Origin: Stylophora pistillata
Lineage: Eukaryota
DNA: 64,000 bases
Direction: 5' to 3'
NCBI RefSeq assembly: GCF_002571385.2
Contig: NW_019217875.1
Location: forward strand, 89,527 to 153,526
The translations under genes and the position numbers were made by a program. Numbering within the stretch: the stretch's first letter is position 1; each line of letters begins with the position of its first letter. The notes below the pieces were generated by a model. The model was not told where the DNA came from. It worked only from the letters and a program-made list of their open reading frames with translations, and ran no database searches. Below are positions 53,700 to 64,000 of the stretch, one piece after another.

Positions 53700-54595
53700 C
53701 AAGAATTCAATTTTATTTGTAAGAGGGGCGTTTGAGTTTGGCTCAACATACTATTCGGAGGGCTCTCAATTCTCTTACGTGTTTTCCGACTCTAGACAAA
53801 CGGGAAGACTTGTTCTTTCATGTAAATAGCTTCAGGTGTGCGAAGGTGCAGGATTTGCGTAATTCATCGCCTCCTTCGGATATGTCTTATCTAACCTTTT
53901 CGTCCCAAAAGATAACCTCTGCACTTTTGATCACGTATTAGATAGTTACTGCAATGTATATAAGAAAGTTATATCAAGTTAAAAAGCAGATTTAGCTAAT
54001 CCTGAGGTATTTTCCTCTGCCTTTCCTGGTTATTAAGAGTCCACAAAGCAAGGTGAAGATTGAACATCAACAACTGTTTTGGTTTTTCTCTCGAAGTTTG
54101 ATCTTTGTAGTTTAATTGCCAAGTGAACAAGTAAATACAGCTCTCGTGTTTCGTAATAATCCATGATGCATCTGTTGCGTATGGCATTCACCGCCTTGCT
54201 GTGGAGCCTTGTTGTATTTGCTTGCACGGATGGGCAATCGACAGTAAGTCTCATGCTTATTGTTTCTTCGTGATTTATTTCGCCAGTTCATTAGGGATTT
54301 AAAAAAACTCTAGTAGTTTAATAGAGGAGCTTGTGAATACTACCACAACCCTCCAACTAGGCATTTCACAATCCTTACATACATAAAAATTCACGAATGA
54401 TGCGCGTCTTCTGTATTTTTCATGAGTCCCGTGCTAACTTTGCATTTGAATCTTTACGTCTTCTCATTAAGCGTGACTTTTTCTACGAAGGAAAACGTTG
54501 AAAATAAATTACGAGCTTGATTACCGGTACCTCCCCTGTATCCTTTGATCAACCCTTCAAAAGAAAAGGAAGAAACTTGTTTATCCTCAGTTTTT
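53700..54595 (+). repeat. Diverged duplicate of the copy-I upstream region (51080-51980)
   Basis: Collinear shared blocks, e.g. GGGAAGACTTGTTC, ACCTTTTCGTCCCAAAA, TACCACAACCCTCCAACTAGG and GTCCCGTGCTAACTTTGCATTT. Confidence 0.85.
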
Positions 54596-54856
54596 CTAAG
54601 TACTCTCGATTGTCGTACAAAGGGCTGAAAGGAGAGGAAAAGAAGTTGAATTTTTTGAGTTTGCTGTACAGTAAACTACATGCCAATTTGATGCTCTAAT
54701 GGTTGTGTTTTAATACATTTTCTTAATGCTGTCTTAAGTGAAAACTTATTTTTCATCTGAAAAGCACGACACGTCTATTATTGTCTCCCCATTATCAATG
54801 ACACAGCCCCACCCCACCCCATTATTGTCTAAACTAACGGAGCTCCATCTATTCTC

Positions 54857-55423
54857 TGCCGCCAGTGCTGCGAAGGTCCACCTGGTCAACCGGGAACTCC
54901 AGGAACGCCTGGAGTCCCAGGAACACCAGGGACATCTGCTTACTGCGGCTGTGGTCAGAGTGTTGCTGGAAATTCTCGACGATGGAAACAATGCACTTGG
55001 GTACATGACAATACAAAGGATGGCAGAGACAATGGACAAGTGCATGTAAGAAAATCATTTACTATTATGAAGAAAATCTTTTCCTTTAACTACGAAATGT
55101 AAGCATTAACCTTTTTTTCTGAAACGAAAATTAAGTTTATTTATAGAAATGGGGAATAAATTCTTCACACAGTGCATCACGATGCTTTACGAACGTTGAG
55201 TCAGCTTTGAGACGATTACGTTTTTAATCAGTGATGCTGCATCATTTTTATCGTCATGCATAAAACAAACAAACAAAACGAAACGAAAAGTGATGAATCC
55301 TAGAAAATCTTTGACAAATTCCCGTCTGGCTCATAATTCTTTGTGCTGAGGCTAGATGCTTATACAGGGTCAAATCAAGCCAATAAGGTTATCATTGAAG
55401 AAGTTGAGCCACCAGTAGGTTAA
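54857..55423 (+). pseudogene. Divergent CTHRC1-like copy J (fragmentary)
   Basis: 54857-55045 encodes CRQCCE-(GXY)7-AYCGCGQSVAGNSRRWKQCTWVHDNTKDGRDNGQVH followed by GTAAG. 55355-55423 encodes DAYTGSNQANKVIIEEVEPPVG*. Exon 1 and most of exon 3 were not found. Confidence 0.75.
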
Positions 55424-56342
55424 AAGGGAAATCTAAATTCTTCAAATATTGTAAAACTGCTCTCAAGTAAATCTAAGAGGATTCTAGATCGCAAGGGGTG
55501 TTAACTGATTTGCAACTGACCGAGTACTTTTTACTTTTTTTTTCCATTACAGTTGAATAGCAACCATGATTCGAGGTTTTATTTGAAATTTCTTTTCCGA
55601 AATCTTTTATTTTTGTAGTGTATGTTAACTTCAAATATGGAAGCTCATAGTTGTTAAAAGTAGCATTAAATTTGAGGGTGAAAGGTATTTAGTTTATTAA
55701 AGAGGAAAAGTTTTAGATTTTCTGTTGTACTGTTGTTCTTCAGAGCTGCCAATGGTCTCCCAGGGGACATGGCATGGCTGCCAGTAAAGAAAATTGTGTC
55801 TGTTAATTTCGGGGTTTACGCCTTAAGCTGGATCTAAAGTGTCTCAGTTTAAAGATGAAAAATCCTAAAGCTATGAAAAAAATTAACCATCAAAGTTACA
55901 GCGAAAGAAAAGAAAATATTTACATTAAAATTCAGTGGCATTTGGTCACCGCATAGCAGGTACTATGGAAACAACAGAAAAACATTCTTTATCAAAATAT
56001 AACTGTCGCAAAATTCCTAAACTCAGGTATCGTCCTTAGACATTAAACAACAACAAAAAAGAAAATTAGTTTTGCGTATTTGTTCAGATAAAAATAGAAA
56101 TCAGTCAAATAGTTAAAGAAATTGAAAATTTGAAAAGGAAATTAAGAGGAGGAAGTAATCTCACTACTACTTTTGAAATGTTGTCTCTTGTTATTGCCGG
56201 TACCTGTCGACTTACACGCTGCAAGGAGCACGTGTTCTATGTTGCCCATTCTTTAACTTACGTTTCATACTACAGAATTTCATCTTCCAGCGCTTTATTT
56301 TAGCTTAGCAATTTTACAATGCCTTTTCGAAAATGATACACA

Positions 56343-59300
56343 ATGCATTCTCGTCGAAAGGCGTTTGTGTTGCAGACTATTATTCTTTTTCTGGCGGCCT
56401 TAAACTCTTCTGGACAGAGTCATTTTGACGATGTTCAAGGTCCGTGCGTTGTTCGAAGAACGAAGTTACCTCGACTGGATCCTGTTAAGGTATCAAAATG
56501 AGCACCAAATGAATAGCAGTGACACTTATAGAGTGGAATACCTAAGAATAGTATTTCCCACCCCATTTTTAAACTGATTATGAACTATGATTGCCCTGTA
56601 CTAGGTTGGTTTTGTTCAACAAATCGAGCTCATTAAAGGAGAGCTACCTTTTACGGTAAAAACACTGAGTGTAAGGCCCCCTATTTTCGGTAAGTGTATC
56701 ACACACATTTGAGTTCGAGTTGAGGACAAATCTAGTCGCGTCAAATTAGGAGACGTCGTGAAACATATTCCGCTGCCATTTAAATTCTAAATAAATTTAT
56801 TTTTAAGGCCTAAGATTCATTGCATTAAGAGCTTTGCATAGAAATACATTTAAGACAAGCCTTTCCTAAGACATGATATATATTTAAATGCCTTTAGAAA
56901 TCCCCGCTTTCTTGAATGAAGCCGAGATCAACAGAGTTCTTGCGATGGCCGAGCATGGGAGACTGGAGAACAGTGATGTGTTTCATCACTCAATGGACGA
57001 CCTTCTGTCTCAGACCTCTTTCGATCACTGGGATCTCAACCGAGATGACTTAATAAATAGCGACGAGGTAAAAAATTTATTTGGAATGTTACCATAATCG
57101 TGGCTGTTGAATTAAGGTTTTAAATAGGGTCTCGCTGTTTCCTCTTACCTTGTAGTTTCACCAACTTTAATTTAGCCCTTAATTCTTCTTTTATTGAAGG
57201 TCATTGCTGGTATGCGTTACTTCTGGGATCTGCATTTCGCAACAGAGGATGTGAAGAAAATGTAAAAAAATTACGTATTTCTCTATTTTCACTTTACACT
57301 GTAATCCCTTTTAACTAAATTTTACAGATACTAACTAAACACTAACCGTGGGTCACTTTCGCAGGCTTACAACGTTGAATATTGGCAAGGTCAAATCTGG
57401 TGAGTCAAATGATTGAAAAGAAGCCTGACTTTAAGTGAACAAACCCTCGTTCCTAGGTCCCCTTGTCGTCTCACCTCAAATAAAAGGAAGACAAGCGGGG
57501 GAGGGGGGGGAGGGGAGACAGAGAGAGAGAGAGAGCCTGAGAAGGAGGTTGGATTGAACAATGACTTTCACTGATTAGTGCATTGAACGTGTAATTTTCT
57601 CAATCGAAACGGTTGAAGTTGTTATCATGGGTGATTTAAAAGGCGTGGTCACTTTGCTGAGTCTTTATTATTTAGATGATGCTTCATTCTGGTCGCAAAT
57701 CTTTGAAGTCCTGATTTCTCGTCAGCATGGCCATTATGCTACGGCAAGATTGGTTACTCCTTTAGATCAAATTAAATGATAAAATTCATAAATTTCTCTC
57801 AGGATGGATTCATCGAAGTGAATTTGTACCAGCCGACATCATGAAATATATGAAGCAAGTAGGAAGTCTGGAACCAAAGGTCAAAGGTCGCCATAGCAAC
57901 CAGACATACATTGAGTTCGCCGCAGATGACCCGATCTCGACAACACTTGATGTAAAGTAGGTCCAGTCACCACAGACCAATACCAATCGATGAAATGCTC
58001 CTTATGATATCAAACAGTGACTCAAAGCTTTGAATATTAAGATATTTGTAATCTCTTTTTCAGAAAGGCTGCTCTCACGGGCCTTCCAATTGAAATAATA
58101 AAAGGCAGTGAAACTCCTGTGGTAGGAACGATTTAATAATTTTTAACGGAATTTTTATGTTATAGACCGATGAGAGATGGAAGTTATTTATGTTTTTTCA
58201 TTGCAGGCTGTACGATATGGCCCAGGAGGTCATTATCACTGCCATTATGACTCACATCCACTTCATGCCGAGGCTACGTGCTGTCATCGAAGATCATTAG
58301 ATAAATGTCGTATCTGCAGGTCAGTTGGTCGACGATGTTTATGAACGTTTTGATCTCCGAGCGTTTCTTGCCTTATTTCATTTCCAGGCTCTTGAACGCT
58401 TTCTAAACTTCAAGCCAAGCATCCACTGCATTCCCCCGCTCTTTTTACTCTTTAAATTGCAATTATACAAGAGTAATAATAATAACAATACCTTTCCTGT
58501 AAAGCTACAGTTCATTCCTTAACCAGGTACATAACAATTCTCTACTTTCTCAACGATGTGGCGGGAGGAGGACAAACCGCTTTTCCAATTGCCGATAGTG
58601 ACACATTCAACCAACAGGTTAGTATGATATAATTTGGATATATCAACAAAGTTGAAATGGTAAATTGGCCACCGTAACGATTACAAAAGCTGACGTTTCG
58701 AGCGTTAGCCCTTCGTCGGAACCAAGGGCGAAGGGCTAACGCTCGAAATGAAGGGCTAACGCTCGAAACGTCAGCTTTTGTAATCGTTACGGTGGCCAAT
58801 TTACCATTTCAACTTTGTTGATATATCCAAATTATTTCGTTACTCCCACCGACGCAGCCCCAAACAGTTTCTTTCGAAACTATTAGCCTTTATCAGTTAG
58901 TATGATAACCTATTATGTGATTGGCCGAAAAAGGGTTAATTCTTCCTAAGTTTTTTCATCGCAAATTATGCCCAAAAAAATCATTGTAATTTTTTCGTAA
59001 TGGATGGAGCTCAAAATTAAGGGAAATCCTTATTCTTTCGAAAACAAGTACGACGACTTATTACTACCGAAACTCTCGTCTGAATTTTAAGATTTGACTA
59101 ATTCACACTGTTATCGTCAAGTTAAAATTTCGGCTAAATCATTAGTCTTGAGGCTGGGTATCAGGTAGGCTAGGTCACTGATACCGTCTTTAAAGGACTC
59201 CCAGTTCTGTTAACTATGAGAAATATGGTTTTCTTAATTGTCCATTTCCCCTATTCTTTAATCAGACATGGATGAGGAAATCAAACTACCTTTCCAATCT

Positions 59301-59544
59301 AAGCGCCTACTGCTCTAAAGCCAATCTAAGGGTGACACCAAAACGAGGCACTGCGATCATGTGGTATAATCACGTGACTGATAAAACATCTGGTTGGATT
59401 TCAAGCCTCGATCTCAGATCATATCACGGAGGATGCGACGTCCTAGGGGGCCACAAGTGGATTGTAAATAATTGGATAAATATCATTGGTAGAAACTGGG
59501 ATGATCTAAGGACTTGGAATGACAAGAATTCGATAGTAAAATGA
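56343..59544 (+). CDS. P4HTM: Transmembrane prolyl 4-hydroxylase (P4HTM)-family Fe(II)/2-oxoglutarate dioxygenase, 397 aa, 10 exons
   Basis: Exons 56343-56489, 56605-56689, 56898-57067, 57200-57261, 57365-57399, 57803-57956, 58064-58121, 58207-58319, 58527-58617 and 59266-59544 (1194 nt, open). Motifs LPRLDPVKVG, TLSVRPPIFEIPAFL, EF loop DLNRDDLINSDE, VRYGPGGHYHCHYDS, RYITILYFLNDVAGGGQTAFP, PKRGTAIMWYNH and YHGGCDVLGGHKWIVNNWI. Confidence 0.93.
58630..58895. mobile_element. Penelope-like inverted terminal remnant in P4HTM intron 9 with 12-bp TSD
   Basis: 85-bp perfect inverted arms (58630-58714 / 58750-58834) containing GAAGGGCTAACGCTCGAAACGTCAGC. Tail CCACCGACGCAGC..CAGTTTCTTT is also seen at ~20607-20640. 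GTTAGTATGATA is duplicated at 58618-58629 and 58896-58907. Confidence 0.8.
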
Positions 59545-59992
59545 AGGAATAAAGGGCCTGTTAGTTAAACAAGGCGTGGCCGTTGTTTAATGAAAATGCA
59601 TTCCAAGCCATCTTCAATAAACGTTCAATTAATTGGAACCCTTTATCTAAACATTCATGCTTGTGAACAGTGTGAAAAGGGCCGAAAGTTAATGGAAGGG
59701 CATTTCTTTAATTGAATCAACCCACTTATAGAGAATCCACGAGTCCCGCTGCTTGCGTCAAAACCGTGGTTTGAATTAGACCTCTCGTAAATAGCCGGCC
59801 CGAAGAGTTTGCCAAAAACAGATCTTTATCTAATGAGTGCAAAATCGTATAAATTTGACGAAAGGTAGATTTTCACTTGTCGTTGTCTGCAGGTCTAGCA
59901 TACCTGAATGGGAAAAAAGTGGTTTCAAATTAAACATAAAAATCTCTTCGGTGTAATCTTTTTTTTAATTATTATTATTGCGAGATAACTAT

Positions 59993-60468
59993 CAGGGCTC
60001 GAAATTAACGGTAAACCGTTAACCAATGGTTAGTAATTTTCACCGTTTGGTTACCAAAAATGTGTCCCAACTAACCCGACATGGTTAGTAAAATTTCTTG
60101 ACATATTTAAACATTGGTAGACCTCAGGACAAAGAGCACGTAGACCCGACTCTCAGAGGAATACTTAGAATACTCAAGTTGTTTAATCAACTTAAACTCT
60201 TTTTAGAGAATGTGCTGTAGATGTACTGTCCTTGACTATTGATGGTAAACGAAAGGGAAATAAAATAGTTGTATAATTGTCAACGTTTTTAAGGTCACCA
60301 TGCAATTTCAGCTACTCTTTAATTTGCCCTAGTCGTTATGATCAAAATGTTCCATATTTGAGATATCGTAACTTGTGAGCTTGGATACCAAACTTTATAA
60401 TTTGGTTAGTAAAAAATATGGCTACTACCCCGAAGGGTTAGTGATCCAAAAATTAAACTCGAGCCCTG
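59993..60468. mobile_element. hAT-like MITE
   Basis: Termini CAGGGCTCGA / TCGAGCCCTG with subterminal GGTTAGTA repeats. No clean TSD. Confidence 0.6.
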
Positions 60469-61121
60469 CTAAGAGATATTTTCTCCACCCATGATTTAAC
60501 TTCTTGAATATTAGTCGTTAGGTTGATATAATTTTATATGAACTCACAAAGACAGCTTTCCAATCTTATCTGTAGGTTTTCTTACAAGAACAGCCATACG
60601 GCCATATGGAATCTATTTGATTTTGTTGGCGAGTATCGGAGCCAATAAGATTGCAGCACTTGCGATGGAGCACCGATTGATATATATCAAACCTGATATT
60701 ATGCCAAACTGATTGATTATTACGCTGAAGATGTATGGATAGATAAAGGTGTTTTTATATTCATTGTATTCATTTTGAAATTACTGATGATCCTTTCAAT
60801 CTGATTGACTCTAATTGGTGCGACTTATTCACAAATCGCACCATCTATTGCTCTAAATAGCATATTTTCCCCAGCAAGTGAAAAAGCTTGAAGGTGTTTA
60901 GTTATTAATTTGTTCATTACTTTTATCGTACGATCACGTTTTGTTCCCGATAGGATAATTTCACTTTCCTCTTGTTAGTACCCCAGATTATTGCAGAATT
61001 TCTAACGATAAAGATGCTGACTATCACAAAAAGAACCATTGGACCTAAATATAGTGAACGTTCTTATCTATTCCTTTCAGTCATTCTTTTGTCCTAGGAG
61101 CAGTCGTTGGTGTGCTCAAGT

Positions 61122-63021
61122 TCACTTTTCGCTTTCTTTGCAACTTAGCACTGAAAACATAACACCATTTTCATTGAGCCGATCAATCAATGATGTTCCA
61201 GTGAAAGCTGCAGCAGGAGTAAGTACACCTCCACTAAAAAAGAAAAATGAACACAGTGTAAATCAATTGAAGCTGTTGTCCTCGAGATAAATCGTAATTT
61301 TTCAGTCAAAATACACTATATAGACACCTGTTTGGCAAAGTCTCTTCCAGGATCACCATCGCAGCCTGTACCATGCAGATAGGAGTGGCAACATAACCCG
61401 CCTCTGACGAGATAAAAAAACAGGCATGTTACAGCATACAACACATTGCACCGTGAACATGCCCTGAACTTTAGTTACTCTGATTGTTTAAATAGTTCTA
61501 TATTGCTCGCAATAACGACCTGTTAATGGCCTTATTGCAAGAACTGGGGCAAACTTGAAATACATAGCTCTGCGTATCTCTTTTTTCCTCTTGAAATTTG
61601 TCCTTTTCAGTTACGAGGCTGTAACTGAACTATTTTGGTAATTGAAAGACCTAGATGTGTGTTCTAGGTGCGTGAACCAACCTCTTTAAGCTCAAGCAGA
61701 GTATATGGTTGTTGAAAAANNNNNNNNNNNNNNNNNNNNNNNNNNNNNNNNNNNNNNNNNNNNNNNNNNNNNNNNNNNNNNNNNNNNNNNNNNNNNNNNN
61801 NNNNNNNNNNNNNNNNNNNNNNNNNNNNNNNNNNNNNNNNNNNNNNNNNNNNNNNNNNNNNNNNNNNNNNNNNNNNNNNNNNNNNNNNNNNNNNNNNNNN
61901 NNNNNNNNNNNNNNNNNNNNNNNNNNNNNNNNNNNNNNNNNNNNNNNNNNNNNNNNNNNNNNNNNNNNNNNNNNNNNNNNNNNNNNNNNNNNNNNNNNNN
62001 NNNNNNNNNNNNNNNNNNNNNNNNNNNNNNNNNNNNNNNNNCCCATCCCACCCCAGGGGAGGACATCCATCACACAGTAATCTCGTGCGTGGGAAATTAA
62101 CGTCTCCTACCCCTAACCCTGTAGGAGACGGGACCTCCATTTATTCGTCCCTATCCGAGAAGACTAGAATATCTAACCATTTCTTGATGTTATAGAAAGG
62201 TAGCATATTCTTCTCAATTATTTTAAGACCTTGAGTGTTGGTCCGGCCAGGGCTCGAACCCTCGACCTCCCGCACAGCAGTCCAGCGCTCTATGTATTGA
62301 GCTAACCGGAAGGCGGTTCTTCACGAGATTCCACATTTATCATATGCAGCAAGCCTACACGAATCGTCTACCCTGGCTAGCACATGTTTGTCACACAAAT
62401 GATAGGTTTGAGTGTAGTAAAGCCAAAGTAATCAGAGCGGCCAATCAGAAGAAAGGAAAACATACTGAGAAGCAAAGAGAACTCAAAGCGCGCGAAAACG
62501 CGGGCGACCAAGCTGCGATTGGTCTTAGTTTGCATCTGATTGGTTGAGAGAGTGGTGCAAGTTTTGTGAACCAACCACAGAGCAAAGTAAAGTAAAACCA
62601 AAGAAACCCCGGATCACTCTCATCACTCAAATGAAAGTTGCTCCACAGAACAACGAAACAACTAGTGTACGGAAAATTAACTCGAGGTTCTGAGCCAACA
62701 GTTAGTTGACCGAAGCTAGGTCTCAAATACACTCGTGAGAAGGCCTTGAAGTGTGGACATGTTCAATTCTCGATAGATGACAATCTGCTGTGGATAACAA
62801 ACAGGAATGAAGAGATTTACAAAAATTGTACTTCCTCAGTATGACAGTCAAAGTGTAAGGCAGTCTAATAAACGACGGAATATGAAGCGTAAAAAAAATT
62901 AAGAGAGACGTTAGAGTGTATTATACCCGTTTTCGGCTGCCACGTATGTTATTAAACACCTCACCTGTTCTCTGGTTGGTCCTTCATGCGAGAAAAAGCC
63001 ACACGAGAAGAACTTAGGGTG
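61122..63021 (-). CDS. SCCPDH: Saccharopine dehydrogenase-like oxidoreductase, 3' exons
   Basis: Exons 63021-62965 (HPKFFSCGFFSHEGPTREQ), 61403-61328 (EAGYVATPICMVQAAMVILEETLPN) and 61233-61122 (GGVLTPAAAFTGTSLIDRLNENGVMFSVLSCKESEK*) match the SCCPDH C-terminus. One intervening exon is missing, probably in gap 61720-62041. Confidence 0.9.
62042..62295 (-). mobile_element. tRNA-derived SINE (3' end in gap)
   Basis: Collinear with 14678-14941; A and B boxes on the reverse strand. Confidence 0.85.
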
Positions 63022-63289
63022 CTGAGAAAAGACAAGTACAAGACAATGTTACCTGAAAGAACTTAGAGAATATGAAAACATAAAACTACAATGTAGTTGC
63101 ATAGGTATTAAATGCCTTTTAGTTAGAATTTCCCCTCAAAATTTAACGTGGTCAGGCCTTTCTCTTTTTGTCAGTTTCATTGTTTCCTTACGATAAATCA
63201 TTTTATTTTTATTTATTTATTACAATTTAATGGCTGAGTTAAAACAAAGTTATAAAGTACAAGCGAAAAGAAAAGAAACGCCATATGGA

Positions 63290-64000
63290 TAATCCGTAAA
63301 GGAGTCCAGGACTCCATATGAAAATAGATCACCAAAGTTAAATAGGCTAAAAATATATTACTGTGTTTTAAACTAGAAATAATTATTATACAAATTCCAC
63401 GGGATATATTAATTAGATATATTATCCACTAAATACTTCTTAGCACATGCCTTAAAACTATTTACACTTGCTGCTCTACGAGTATCAAAGGGCAAAAGAT
63501 TCCAGGAATCAACTATCATAAGAAAAAAACTATATTTGAGAGGATTTGTTCTTGAGTATTTCTTCTTTAAAGATAAATTGTCATATTTCCTAACTGAATA
63601 ATGGTCAGCATCCGAATAAAAATCAACATAAGAGTCAATATTAATGTAAATAATTCCGTTGAGGGCTTTATATAAAAATGTAANGATTTTGCAGCCTTTG
63701 CAGTTTTTTAGGCAGGCGTTTGTTACAGTTTCCCCACACTACATTGCTATAATCAAAATGTGGTTGAATAAGGCTATTATAAACTTTAATAATTAAAAAA
63801 TTAAATGGAGTGAGATGCCGAATTTGTTTAATCACACCAAGGGCACAAGCTGTCTTCTTAGAGATGTTTTCAATATGACACTCACAATTTGTATTTTGAT
63901 CGACATAAACTCCAAGGGATTTAGCGGAGTTACTTGTTTGATTGTATTTTCGTTAATTGTAATAGGAGAGGGACTTTCCGTAAATTGTTGCAATAAACAT
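63290..64000 (-). mobile_element. Decayed CR1/L2-group LINE 3' fragment(s) in an SCCPDH intron
   Basis: The reverse strand translates as LGVYVD..VYNSLIQPHFDYSNVVWG and FLYKALNG..YSFF..WNLLP. A single N at 63685 may join two elements. Confidence 0.75.

Noticed and set aside
2308-63021. One functional pathway linking the EF-hand, TPP1-like, CTHRC1, P4HTM and SCCPDH genes
   Set aside because: No sequence evidence. Neighbouring animal genes are usually unrelated, and only the collagen-hydroxylase pair has a biochemical rationale.

Overview
AT-rich, intron-containing animal genomic DNA, most consistent with a stony coral or other anthozoan (inferred from gene content and repeat types). It has five N-gaps (16991-17124, 24764, 48817-49175, 61720-62041, 63685). 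I built gene models by hand from GT-AG junctions and frame continuity. From left to right: (1) the 5' half of a calbindin/calretinin-like EF-hand gene (-), with an in-frame TAG in exon 4 and an intronic CR1/L2-type LINE; (2) a complete 5-exon TPP1/ACD-like shelterin gene (-, 576 aa); (3) a ~35 kb array of about 10 CTHRC1-like genes plus two small relics (signal peptide + 16-17 Gly-X-Y triplets + CTHRC1 C-terminal domain), mostly pseudogenised, whose core is a ~13 kb imperfect palindrome; (4) directly after the array, a complete 10-exon P4HTM-type prolyl 4-hydroxylase (+, 397 aa) that appears to carry a cleavable signal peptide and no ER-retention tail; (5) 3' exons of SCCPDH (-). Interspersed are LINE fragments, tRNA-derived SINEs, MITEs, an internally deleted THAP/SWIM (ISL2EU-like) transposon, and Penelope-like remnants with hammerhead-ribozyme-like motifs. 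The best candidate for an undescribed system is the rapidly turning-over CTHRC1 array next to an apparently soluble or secreted prolyl hydroxylase.
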